Below are positions 36,135 through 45,177 of a stretch of DNA of 61,787 nt, piece by piece (position 1 is the stretch's first letter; every line of letters begins with the position of its first letter). The stretch is from the IMG/VR virus record IMGVR_UViG_3300042305_001048, positions 1-61,787 of that record. One strand, 5' to 3'. This DNA is from a virus. Lineage: Duplodnaviria; Caudoviricetes. The notes beneath the pieces were generated by a model. It did not search any database. It saw only the letters and a list, made by a program, of their open reading frames with translations, and had not been told where the DNA came from. The translations under genes were made by a program, and so were the position numbers.

Positions 36135-36803
36135 ATGATGCGTTCCAATGTTCTCACCATCGGTGCCGGTGCCGCGTGTGCGTTCCCCATGCAGTCCTAC
36201 CGCCCGGCGGACTGTACCCCCGAGCAGCATCTAGCAGTGAGGGAGGGGCTGTACCGTGCCGCCAGACGAGACGGGCTGGGGGACGAAGCAGCAGAGGAAG
36301 CAGCGGCGGCGTTCTACCTTCACTGGATCACCAGGGACTACGGCGGCACCACCATCCCGCGTGGCGATCACCTGCGTGCGTTCTACAGTGCCAGGGCGCT
36401 GGCACGGCGTACCAACTGGAAGGGACGCACCGGAAGCAGGCGAGCGGCCAGCCGGAAGAAGACCGCGGAGATGGTCGCGTGGCGTGAGCGGCGACGAGCG
36501 GCCATGGTGCCGCAGCCCTGGCAGGCGGTGGCGGAGGCGGACAAGCTGTCGGATCAGCCCTGGACAAAGACGGCACGGGCAGTGGCCGATCAGGCCGCAG
36601 CGGCCGGAATGGCTCCTGCGGCGTTCGTAGCAGCAGCCTACGGAGTGGAAGCAGACCGGCCCCGGTACGCTGGGCATCCAGCGGCACCGGCACCGGCACC
36701 GTGGACCGCGGACCAGCACGCGGCCATTCTGAACCGGAAGCCCGCATCGGGCGACGGATGGCAACAGGTGGAACCCGGCCACTACGTCAGGCTCCGGGGC
36801 TAG
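36135..36803 (+). CDS. Hypothetical protein resembling a degenerate ECF sigma factor
   Basis: GGAGG RBS; LYRAARRDGLGDEAAEEAAAAFYLHW resembles ECF region 2. Confidence 0.45.
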   Translation: MMRSNVLTIGAGAACAFPMQSYRPADCTPEQHLAVREGLYRAARRDGLGDEAAEEAAAAFYLHWITRDYGGTTIPRGDHLRAFYSARALARRTNWKGRTGSRRAASRKKTAEMVAWRERRRAAMVPQPWQAVAEADKLSDQPWTKTARAVADQAAAAGMAPAAFVAAAYGVEADRPRYAGHPAAPAPAPWTADQHAAILNRKPASGDGWQQVEPGHYVRLRG

Positions 36804-36824
36804 ACCAGGAACGCAGACGGCCGC

Positions 36825-36858
36825 AGCCCCAGGGGGACCGCCAACCCCTGGGGCTTTT
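36825..36858 (+). terminator. Intrinsic terminator
   Basis: AGCCCCAGGGG / CCCCTGGGGCT stem followed by TTT. Confidence 0.75.
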
Positions 36859-37112
36859 GCATGCCCAGGCGGAAACCAAGTGTCCAGGGTGGAGGGGAGG
36901 GGCGATGCAAGCCCAGCGGCCTGGACCAGCGGCGGGCCGGACTTGCCGACTCCCGCGGATGGCCGATCCCCACACCTAATGCCATGGGTTTCCCTAAGTG
37001 TCGACGGGCGAACGGGTTATGGCACGGCATCGACGGCAGCGGCGGGCCGAATCGACCCCCCGGAGGCCCCCCGACTTCAATTCGGATTCATGTCATATCC
37101 ACCCCTGGAGTT

Positions 37113-37243
37113 TTTCACCCCTCCGGGCGTCAGGTTTCGCAATTCGCGAATCGCGAAAGGCCCCTGCGGCGATTGCTGTCCTTTCACCCCCTCGGGCGTC
37201 AGGTGTTTTTCTTGACTCTGCTCCTGACGCAGCTCCTGACGCA
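37113..37243. repeat. Direct and inverted GCGTCAGG repeats; candidate packaging or terminus site
   Basis: 23-nt repeat at 37113 and 37182 (21/23 identical); tandem GCTCCTGACGCA at 37220 and 37232 in the opposite orientation. Confidence 0.7.
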
Positions 37244-37287
37244 CGCAGTTGATGTGTGTCGGGCAATGGTTTTGTAGGGAGGATCGC

Positions 37288-37872
37288 ATGGCCGCATTCG
37301 AAGACGACCGTCAACGCAGGCAGCAGGCCGAGGTGGAACGCCGCCGAGCGGTGAATCCCGGCTATTGGGCCGAGATGGAACGCCGCCGCGCGCGGAATCC
37401 CGGCTATTGGGCCGAGATGGAGCGCCGCCGTGAAGCGCACGCGGCCGAGATGGAGCGCCGCCGCGTCACGGGCGGAGCGCCCCTCCCACAGCCAGCCCAG
37501 CCTGCACCTCAGAACGCCCCTCCTGCCCCAGCAGGCCGGCAGGCCCAGCAGCCCCCTCCCGAAGTCCACATGCACGTTGCTGCCCCACGGGTGGACAACA
37601 GGCCGCCTCTGGAGCGCATGGGTGACAACGTGGAGGATGCGATCCGTGACGAGAACGACTCCCGTGTCGCCCAGGCCCGTGAGAACAAGCGGATGGGCTT
37701 TGCCCGGGACATGGAGGCCATGCGGCAGGAAGGCTTGCTCAAGAGGCTCCAGGCCATGAACGACTCGCAGTATGGTCGGCCTGACGCGCCGCAGCAGGGC
37801 GGTGGCATCGGCGTCTGGAACCCGATCACGCAGCAGTTCGACTACACCGACAGAGTGAAGTTCGGGCCGTGA
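37288..37872 (+). CDS. Protein with AEMERRR tandem repeats
   Basis: GGGAGG RBS; 36-nt repeat at 37353 and 37395. Confidence 0.6.
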   Translation: MAAFEDDRQRRQQAEVERRRAVNPGYWAEMERRRARNPGYWAEMERRREAHAAEMERRRVTGGAPLPQPAQPAPQNAPPAPAGRQAQQPPPEVHMHVAAPRVDNRPPLERMGDNVEDAIRDENDSRVAQARENKRMGFARDMEAMRQEGLLKRLQAMNDSQYGRPDAPQQGGGIGVWNPITQQFDYTDRVKFGP

Positions 37873-37905
37873 ACCCCTTCTATTTCCTCTTTGACGAGGA
37901 CGACG

Positions 37906-38181
37906 ATGGATAGCGACGGTGAGGCTGTTCGGCGGCTCATTCCCAACAAGCCCGTGCGGACTCCCAGCCATCCCGACAAGTCGCACATGGTGCTGGCGAA
38001 GTCTGGTGACCAAGAGAAGCTCATCCGCTTTGGCGAGCAGGGTGTTCGGGGGTCGCCGGCCTCTGAGGGGGAGTCGGAGTCGGCTCGCTCGCGCCGTGAG
38101 GCGTGGTATGCCCGGCACAAGGACAACATTGAGAAGGGGCCGATGTCTGCTGCCTACTGGGCTGCCAAGGTGAAGTGGTAA
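37906..38181 (+). CDS. Small basic viral protein (IRFG.QG...RH...SAAYWA)
   Basis: Motif I recognise from phages and giant viruses; GAGGA RBS. Confidence 0.65.
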   Translation: MDSDGEAVRRLIPNKPVRTPSHPDKSHMVLAKSGDQEKLIRFGEQGVRGSPASEGESESARSRREAWYARHKDNIEKGPMSAAYWAAKVKW

Positions 38182-39050
38182 TGGCGGAAGACGTTGATTT
38201 CATCCGCTCGCTCATCGAAGAGGCGCGGACGATGAAGACCAAGCCTGTGCCCGGGGCTGGGTCGATAGCGCGAAACTTCCCGTGGCTTGTGACTCACGGC
38301 GTCGACTCACAGGCGGAGTGGGATTCGGACCAGCGGCGCGCGCATGTCCTCTCGCGGCTGTCGGCCAAGTACCCAGGCGGCGTGGGCGTAAGCAACCCGG
38401 GTGTGCGGAGAGAACTCCTGAGCTACGAGCTAGGCGAGATGAAAGACATCGACTCGCCATATCACAACCGCGGCATCTTCACGGCCGGCGCACCGCTCCA
38501 CAACATGGTGCAGTACATGGGGGCCTTCCCATCCATGGCGTACTCCGCATCCGCTATGGCCGCCAACGCTATAGACCCAGCGGCCCCGTTCGACCCAGAC
38601 GCGAAACGGAAGTGGGATTCGTCGCTCAACACTGCTGGCGCCTACGTGCCGGAAGCTCTCGGCCTAGTACCCAAGGGAACGAAGACCTACGCCGACGTTG
38701 CCGAAGACGCCCGCTACGCCCGCGGGACGGTGCCGTTTGATGTCACGCAGGCCGGCAAGGAGGGGAGAGACGAATACCTCGCATCCGTGCAGAGGGACGC
38801 GGACGCCGCATCGTCTGACCTGTATGCGGACGGTGCGGAGCATTACATGCGGCAGGGAGTCCCGCGTCTCCCGGCCCTGTTCATGGGCGCGCTGTCTGAC
38901 TCGGTGCTGGACCCGTACGGCGGCTGGGTGTCGGCCGGCAAGCTCGCCCGCCAAGGCAAGCCTGCCAAGGCCGCGTGGGAGATGGCCAAGGAATGGGGCC
39001 TTGGTCAGACGATGGCTGGCTTGGCCGCTGGCAATGAGCTGACGAAGTAG
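38181..39050 (+). CDS. Putative internal virion protein
   Basis: TAATG overlap; LDPY.GW motif like ejection proteins. Confidence 0.5.
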   Translation: MAEDVDFIRSLIEEARTMKTKPVPGAGSIARNFPWLVTHGVDSQAEWDSDQRRAHVLSRLSAKYPGGVGVSNPGVRRELLSYELGEMKDIDSPYHNRGIFTAGAPLHNMVQYMGAFPSMAYSASAMAANAIDPAAPFDPDAKRKWDSSLNTAGAYVPEALGLVPKGTKTYADVAEDARYARGTVPFDVTQAGKEGRDEYLASVQRDADAASSDLYADGAEHYMRQGVPRLPALFMGALSDSVLDPYGGWVSAGKLARQGKPAKAAWEMAKEWGLGQTMAGLAAGNELTK

Positions 39051-39081
39051 CCAATGTTCCGCTGGAGCCGCGTGAGCCTGA

Positions 39082-39957
39082 ATGCCAAGCTACTACGATG
39101 ACGCCGCAAAGGCTGCGGACGACCTGATACGGCGTCTGGGCGGCGAAAAATCCATCCGCGCCTACCACGGCTCGCCTTACGACTTCGACAAGTTTGACGC
39201 TGCCAAGATCGGCACTGGCGAGGGGGCGCAGGCGTATGGGCATGGGTTGTATTTCGCGCAAAGCCCAGCTGTGGCCGAAGCATACAAAAAGTCAGTCCCA
39301 CTGTGGCCTCAGTATGAATCTCCAGAGCAAATGGCAGCTGACTACCTGCACGTTCACGGAACCCCCGCTGACGCAATGCGGATGATGAAGGATCACGGGA
39401 TGTGGAAGGGGAGTCGCAGCCGACGAGAGATGTATCGGGGTGCGCTGCAGCTGCTTGCAGACGGCGCGCCGATTAAGCCCAAAGAATTCCCTTTTATTGA
39501 ACATCCGCCACGCACGTACGAAGTTGAGATCGGGCACCCAGAATCAGCATTGCTAGATTATGACAATCCAATGGGCCAAGGTATCGCCTCGCGGCTGACT
39601 CCGACGCTGCAGAGCGGCCTAGACCGTGGCATTAGCGACCGCTTGGGAATGGGGCAGCTTGCGCGGCACTCAGCCAATTTGCGCCGCATGCAAGAAGACG
39701 CATCCTTGGCCCCAGGCCAATTGTTGTACGACGGACTGTCAGCAGATTTCGGCTCAGCTTCGGCATCTAAAAAACTTATGGACGCGGGCATTCCCGGTAT
39801 TCAGTATTTCGATCAGCTGTCGCGCGGCGCAGGCCAAGGCACCCGCAACTACGTCATGTTCCCCGGCACGGAAGACTCCATCCGCATCCTGAGAAAGTAC
39901 GGGATGCTTGCACCCGTGGCGGCAGGTGCCGCATCGCAATACAATGATGCTCCATGA
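39082..39957 (+). CDS. ADP-ribosyltransferase-like (ART-PolyVal-type) protein
   Basis: AYHGSPYDFDKFD..KIGTGEGAQAYGHGLYFA; YEVEI; GIPGIQYFD..SR..NYVMF. Confidence 0.7.
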   Translation: MPSYYDDAAKAADDLIRRLGGEKSIRAYHGSPYDFDKFDAAKIGTGEGAQAYGHGLYFAQSPAVAEAYKKSVPLWPQYESPEQMAADYLHVHGTPADAMRMMKDHGMWKGSRSRREMYRGALQLLADGAPIKPKEFPFIEHPPRTYEVEIGHPESALLDYDNPMGQGIASRLTPTLQSGLDRGISDRLGMGQLARHSANLRRMQEDASLAPGQLLYDGLSADFGSASASKKLMDAGIPGIQYFDQLSRGAGQGTRNYVMFPGTEDSIRILRKYGMLAPVAAGAASQYNDAP

Positions 39958-40172
39958 AGCACATCATCCACGTTAACCAGCACGTTATCCGCCGGAATCA
40001 TAAGACCGGCGAGCGCGAGCCGGTGCTGACGGTCAAGACGTACAAGGCCAACCAGTACGGCCATAGCGTCAAAATCAACGGCCCGTGCGTGATCCGGTAC
40101 GAGCCTGACAGCCCCCTGTCCTGCGGCGCCAGGGTGTGGGTGGAAACCGAGGCGGAGGTAGATGTGCAGTGA
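39954..40172 (+). CDS. Small phage protein of a recognisable type
   Basis: IHVNQHVIR.N...PLSCGARVWVET; ATGA overlap. Confidence 0.65.
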   Translation: MKHIIHVNQHVIRRNHKTGEREPVLTVKTYKANQYGHSVKINGPCVIRYEPDSPLSCGARVWVETEAEVDVQ

Positions 40173-40207
40173 TCAGCCGTAAATCCTGCACGTATTTCGG
40201 GTTACAA

Positions 40208-40223
40208 GGACAGTGACATGTAG
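40208..40223 (+). promoter_or_regulatory. Putative late promoter GGACAGT-N5-GTAG
   Basis: Intergenic copy before the scaffold gene. Confidence 0.6.
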
Positions 40224-40246
40224 ACCCTTCCCCCGAGGAAAGCTAC

Positions 40247-41254
40247 ATGTCCGACGAAACACCCGACATTCCTGAGTCCTCTGCGCCCGTAGCAGAGGCT
40301 GCATCTCCCGAGGTGCATTCCGAACCGGCGGCGCAGTCTGCGTCCGGCTTCTCCACGCCCTACGAGGCGTTCCGGCATCTCCCGGAGTACAACGGCGCCG
40401 ACGATCTTGCCATCGCGCAGGACCTGTACCGCTCCAAGCAGAGCTACCAGGAAGCCCAGCGCCAGCTTCAGCAGTACCAGAGCATCGTCCCCTATGCTCA
40501 GGAGTACCTGAAGAACCAGAAGGCGTTCTCGGAGTGGCAGCGGGCGCAGGCGGAAGCTGCCAAGCCCAAGCCGCAGGAGGCTCCCAAGTGGTGGAACCCT
40601 CCGCAGGTCAAGGATACGTGGCGGTCCTACATCGTCCGCGACCCGCAGACGGGCAAGGAAGTCATCTCCCCGGACGCTCCGTACGAGGCCCAGCAGTCTC
40701 TGCGTGAGTATCAGGCGTACACGGCGGACTTCGCCCGCAAGCTGGTCACCGATCCCGAGGCCACGCTCAAGCCCTTCGTTGAGCAGGTCGCGATCCAGAA
40801 GGCTCAGGAGATGGTGCAGCAGCACCTCTCCCAGTACCAGAGCCAGAACTACGTCAACGACCTAGAGAAGCAGAACTCCGACTGGTTGTACGACCAGCAG
40901 GGCAATGTGACCCCGGAAGGCAAGGCCATCCAGGCGTACATCCAGCAGGCATCGGAGTATGGCATCCAAGGTGCCGAGGCGCGGTGGAAGTATGCCACCG
41001 GCATGCTGCAGCGCGACCTCCTGAACATGCGCTACCAGCAGATGCAGAGCCAGCCAGCCCCGGGGTACGCCCCGCAGCCGGCTCCTGCTCCGCCTGTCGA
41101 CCCCGTGGCGCAACAGAACATGCAGTTCCTTCGGGAGCGTGCAACCCGGTCCCCGAACCGGAGTGGTGGAACTACAGAGCCGCGCACACCGCGTGCGCGG
41201 ATGAGCTTTGAGGAGAGGCTGAAGGGCCAACTCGCTAACGACGGAGTCATTTAA
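40247..41254 (+). CDS. Capsid scaffolding protein
   Basis: Acidic N-terminus, coiled coil, immediately before the capsid gene. Confidence 0.65.
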   Translation: MSDETPDIPESSAPVAEAASPEVHSEPAAQSASGFSTPYEAFRHLPEYNGADDLAIAQDLYRSKQSYQEAQRQLQQYQSIVPYAQEYLKNQKAFSEWQRAQAEAAKPKPQEAPKWWNPPQVKDTWRSYIVRDPQTGKEVISPDAPYEAQQSLREYQAYTADFARKLVTDPEATLKPFVEQVAIQKAQEMVQQHLSQYQSQNYVNDLEKQNSDWLYDQQGNVTPEGKAIQAYIQQASEYGIQGAEARWKYATGMLQRDLLNMRYQQMQSQPAPGYAPQPAPAPPVDPVAQQNMQFLRERATRSPNRSGGTTEPRTPRARMSFEERLKGQLANDGVI

Positions 41255-41256
41255 CT

Positions 41257-42366
41257 ATGGCAAGTTCGACGGACTGGGCACGTTCCATTGCAACGACGAT
41301 TGTTAATCATCTTCGGGAAGAAGAGATTACGTCGTTGCGTAAGTACAAGTTCTTCGCCGCCGTGGAAGGTTCGGGCAACGTCCGTACCAACATGTCGGGC
41401 AGGGGTTTCGACTGGGAAATCCAGTACAGAAATCATACCCCGGGTGGTAACAATGGTGAAACTCCTCGCACCTTCGCTCGCCAGAACCTCTGGAAGCGAG
41501 CAGAGCTGGAGTTCAGGGGCGCCCAGGCAACTGACGCCATTTATAAGAAAGAGATGCTTGAGAATCGTAGCGCCCAGGCCCTTGTTTCTGTTGCCGGCAA
41601 GATGGCCACCCGCCTTCTTACCAGCATGGAACAGTACCTGAGCCGTGAGTGGATTCTTGATGGTTACGCTGCGGGCAACGAGCTGCGGTTCCACGGCATG
41701 GAGTCGTTCCTGGGCACCAACGGCACGGTCAACGTGACGACTGGCGCTCAGCGTTCGGCCAACGCCGCTGATCCGTTCTGCTACCCGTCCGACACCTACG
41801 CTGGTCTGTCGACCACGCTGGGTGCCTACGGCGGTTCGCAGCAGACCGGCATCTGGCCGAACGGCTACGCGGACTCGGAGTTCGATTTCTACTCGCCGGT
41901 GCTTTGTAACTACACCAGCACTTACTTCGGTGCGTCGACTTGGAAGGACAACTGCGTGAAGGCTGTGCGTGAGGCGATCCATCAGACCCGCCGCAACGAC
42001 AGCAAGGAAGATCAGGTCGACATGGTTCTTCTGGACCGTCGACTGTTCATCGACTTCCTGAACACGCTGGACTCCAAGGAGCGTGTTATTGTCAGCCGGA
42101 CGAACGGCCTGCGGAGCTACGGCTTCACGGATGTGTTTGAGCTGGACGGCGTGGAGATCAGCTCGGAGAACTCGGTGCCCGCCAACACCGGCTACGGTCT
42201 GGCGATTGGCAACGTGGAACTCCTCTGCATGGAGGGGCAGCTCCTCAATTCGGAGGGTCCGTTCTATGACGAAATCACGCAGCAGTACCGCTACGTGGTG
42301 TCCACGCTCGGCAACCTGAAGTTCAAGTCGCCGCGCAACTTCTTCAAGCTCCTGAGCCTCGCCTGA
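41257..42366 (+). CDS. Major capsid protein
   Basis: 369 aa after the scaffold; HK97-like pattern (ILDGY..GN...GMESF; FELDGVEI; GNLKFKSPR). Confidence 0.8.
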   Translation: MASSTDWARSIATTIVNHLREEEITSLRKYKFFAAVEGSGNVRTNMSGRGFDWEIQYRNHTPGGNNGETPRTFARQNLWKRAELEFRGAQATDAIYKKEMLENRSAQALVSVAGKMATRLLTSMEQYLSREWILDGYAAGNELRFHGMESFLGTNGTVNVTTGAQRSANAADPFCYPSDTYAGLSTTLGAYGGSQQTGIWPNGYADSEFDFYSPVLCNYTSTYFGASTWKDNCVKAVREAIHQTRRNDSKEDQVDMVLLDRRLFIDFLNTLDSKERVIVSRTNGLRSYGFTDVFELDGVEISSENSVPANTGYGLAIGNVELLCMEGQLLNSEGPFYDEITQQYRYVVSTLGNLKFKSPRNFFKLLSLA

Positions 42367-42394
42367 GAAAGAAAAAAGAAAGGGAATTTCTTAC

Positions 42395-43003
42395 ATGGGA
42401 CTTCAGAATGATCCGCCGTTCGGCCTTGGTCAGACGCTGGGTGTCACCAGCGTCAACGACAGCCTGTACGGCATTGCTGGAACGTACGGTGACAATTGGG
42501 TGGGCTGCGTGAAGGAGTTCACGGATGTGAGCCCCATCACCGGCACTGTCCGGTCGAACCGTCGCAAGGTGTGCGTGGCCGTTCGCAACTCGTCTACGGT
42601 GGCCCTGGCCCCGAAGCGGGTGGTGGCCTTCAAGGCCGGCTCGTTCACGGTGGTTGATGGCTATGCCAACACCGCCAACGGCGATGTGGTCGGCGTGGTG
42701 GACGAGTACCTCCCCGCCTCTGGCGTGGCGGTGAACGATGTGTTCTGGGTGACGGTTGACGGGCCGACCGAAGTGGCGGTGGCGGTGAGCGGCACGGACG
42801 TTGCGGTTGGTGATCGCCTGTCGGTGATCACGGCTGCGGCTTCGACCTCAACGACTGCCGGCCGGGTTACGCCCGCGAGCCTGACCGGGGCTAGCACGGC
42901 GTCTGTTGACCACACTGTGTCGCTCGGCGTGATCGGCCGTGCGTGCAGCGCTGGCGCGACGACGGGCAGCGCGGTCCTCGCGGTCGTCAAGACCCGCGGC
43001 TAG
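42395..43003 (+). CDS. Capsid decoration / cement protein
   Basis: Follows the capsid gene; GVVDEYL...FWVTVDGP. Confidence 0.6.
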   Translation: MGLQNDPPFGLGQTLGVTSVNDSLYGIAGTYGDNWVGCVKEFTDVSPITGTVRSNRRKVCVAVRNSSTVALAPKRVVAFKAGSFTVVDGYANTANGDVVGVVDEYLPASGVAVNDVFWVTVDGPTEVAVAVSGTDVAVGDRLSVITAAASTSTTAGRVTPASLTGASTASVDHTVSLGVIGRACSAGATTGSAVLAVVKTRG

Positions 43004-43008
43004 GAAAT

Positions 43009-43059
43009 GCCCTTCGGGGCTATCGGGGGCGGGGGTGGGTCAGCAATGACCCGCCCCCG
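43009..43059 (+). terminator. Two stable hairpins after the capsid operon
   Basis: GCCC-TTCG-GGGC and 13-bp CGGGGGTGGGTCA-GCAA-TGACCCGCCCCCG; weak U tract. Confidence 0.6.
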
Positions 43060-43079
43060 TTACCTGACCACTCTGGAGC

Positions 43080-44246
43080 ATGCCGATGAATCCGTATACG
43101 CCCGAGGCGGCTCAGCAGAAGTATCCGGGCGCCCCGCAGAAGCAGTCGCGCTATCCGTGGCGCGCATCTGGAGCCTCGCGGCCCAAGCCCCAGCAGAACA
43201 CTGGCGGTCAGCAAGAGGCAGCGCCGGGGCCGCAGAAGGCCCCCGACATGAGCATGTACTCTCCTGGTCAGGCCCAGCCTATCCAGCCGCAGAGCCAAGG
43301 AACGCCCTACGGGGCGCAGCCAGACGGCAACTACGCCTACGCCACGCCGAACAACCGCCCTGCCCCGTTCACGCAGCGGTACACCAACTTCGACGGCACT
43401 CAGTCTGAGCAGCCGAACTTCGGCCAGCGGGATGCTTTCATCCAGAACATCAACGACTCCATGCTGCCCTACTACGGCGGCAAGTCGCAGGGTGCCCCGC
43501 AGTTCGACTTCCAGTCGATGTACAAGCAGGCCGGAGACATGGTGAAGGACGGCTGGCAGAACCCGTTCTCCATGCCAGCTCAGCCTCAGCAGCCCAGCCT
43601 AGAGCAGCAGCTCTCCCAGTACGCCCCTCAGCCGCAGTACCAGCAGCAACCCAGCCCCATGCAGGCAGCGTGGGATTCGGGGGGATACGCCAGCTACGGC
43701 AAGTTTTTTGAAGACTATCCGCAGTACGCGCCAAACCCGCTCCGGCGCGGCCTCCAAGCCCGCCCCCCGCAGCCGCAGTACCAGCCTGCCGACCCAGTTC
43801 GCTACGACACCGGGCCGTATGACCCCAACGGAGGCCGGGTGATTGGTGGGGACCGCCTTCCGGTCGTCGCTGCGCGGCCCACCGACCCCTACGCCCAGTT
43901 CCGCCAAGACGATTCCGGCATGCTGTATCGGCCGGGCGTAAATGCGCCGGCAGGGCCGCAGCAGTACCCGCAGACTGTGTACCAAGCCCACGGAAGCAAA
44001 AGCGAGCGCCCGCTGACGTACAACCAGACAACCGGGATGTACGAGGGCACGCAAGGCTTGGGGCAATACCAACGTCCGATCTCACTGTCGCCCCAGGAAG
44101 CGGCAGGCTTGCCGACAACAAGCGGGCTGCATCCGAACGCGAGCGCGCCGCAGTTCGCCGGCCTGCTGGCGCATGACACGCCGCGCAATTGGATGCCCAG
44201 TGCCGAAGAGGACGCGATGTATCGCCGCACGGGCCTTATGCGGTAG
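43080..44246 (+). CDS. Pro/Gln/Tyr-rich low-complexity protein
   Basis: GGAG RBS; 388-aa ORF. Confidence 0.6.
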   Translation: MPMNPYTPEAAQQKYPGAPQKQSRYPWRASGASRPKPQQNTGGQQEAAPGPQKAPDMSMYSPGQAQPIQPQSQGTPYGAQPDGNYAYATPNNRPAPFTQRYTNFDGTQSEQPNFGQRDAFIQNINDSMLPYYGGKSQGAPQFDFQSMYKQAGDMVKDGWQNPFSMPAQPQQPSLEQQLSQYAPQPQYQQQPSPMQAAWDSGGYASYGKFFEDYPQYAPNPLRRGLQARPPQPQYQPADPVRYDTGPYDPNGGRVIGGDRLPVVAARPTDPYAQFRQDDSGMLYRPGVNAPAGPQQYPQTVYQAHGSKSERPLTYNQTTGMYEGTQGLGQYQRPISLSPQEAAGLPTTSGLHPNASAPQFAGLLAHDTPRNWMPSAEEDAMYRRTGLMR

Positions 44247-44247
44247 C

Positions 44248-44263
44248 GGACACTGATCTATAG
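44248..44263 (+). promoter_or_regulatory. Putative late promoter GGACACT-N5-ATAG
   Basis: Intergenic copy before the glycosyltransferase/terminase genes. Confidence 0.6.
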
Positions 44264-44295
44264 CCCCCCGAACCTTCTCCCCCCGAGAGGTAGCG

Positions 44296-45177
44296 ATGGA
44301 AACCAAGTTCAACGTCGGTATCTGCACGTTCTCATACGGCGGCAACGGAGGCATCTCCTCCGAGGTCCCAGACATCCGTGAATGGATGACGCCGTTGGTG
44401 TCAGAGGTTCGCCAAGACCCTCGCATCGCCAACGTCAAAATCTGGAACCTGTCTGACACGCCCATCACCATGACCCGCAACCGGGCCGTCCTTATGGCCC
44501 GTGAGTACGGGTGCGACGTTCTGGTCATGGTGGATTCGGACATGAAGCCCGACATGTACATGCCGGACGCCAAGCCGTTCTTCCAGACCTCGTTCGACTT
44601 CTTGGTCGACCACTACGCCAAGGGGCCGGTGGTCATCGGCGCGCCCTACTGCGGCCCGCCGCCGATGGAGTGCGTGTACGTCTTCCGGTGGCAGAACCAC
44701 CAGAGCGAACACGCCAATCCCGACTACCAGCTTGAGATGTACGACCGCAACACCGCGGCCAAGCTGGCCGGCATCCAAGAGTGCGCGGCCCTTCCCACTG
44801 GCCTGATTATGTACGACATGCGGGCGTTTGAGATCACCGAACCCAAGACGGCGTCTGACAAGCCGTGGTTCTACTACGAGTGGTCCGACCGCTATGCGGC
44901 GCACAAGTCCTCCACGGAGGATGTGACGATGACCCGCGACCTGTCCCTCGCTGGGGCAAGGCTCTTGGGCTACAACCCGGTCTACTGCAACTGGGATGCG
45001 TGGGCCGGTCACTGGAAGCCCAAGTGCGTCGGCAAGCCGCAGATCATCGCGGCCAAGGACATCAGCGAAAAGCTGGTCCAGTACGCCCGCGCCGACTTCG
45101 ACCCTGGCGTGAAGCTGGTGAACTTCCGGGGCAACTGGAAGCACATTCCGCCCAAGCCGTTGGTGCAGAGTGGCTGA
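44296..45177 (+). CDS. GT-A fold (GT2-like) glycosyltransferase
   Basis: ITMTRN, VLVMVDSD (DxD), TGLIM, PWF, TED, GHWK. Confidence 0.7.
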   Translation: METKFNVGICTFSYGGNGGISSEVPDIREWMTPLVSEVRQDPRIANVKIWNLSDTPITMTRNRAVLMAREYGCDVLVMVDSDMKPDMYMPDAKPFFQTSFDFLVDHYAKGPVVIGAPYCGPPPMECVYVFRWQNHQSEHANPDYQLEMYDRNTAAKLAGIQECAALPTGLIMYDMRAFEITEPKTASDKPWFYYEWSDRYAAHKSSTEDVTMTRDLSLAGARLLGYNPVYCNWDAWAGHWKPKCVGKPQIIAAKDISEKLVQYARADFDPGVKLVNFRGNWKHIPPKPLVQSG

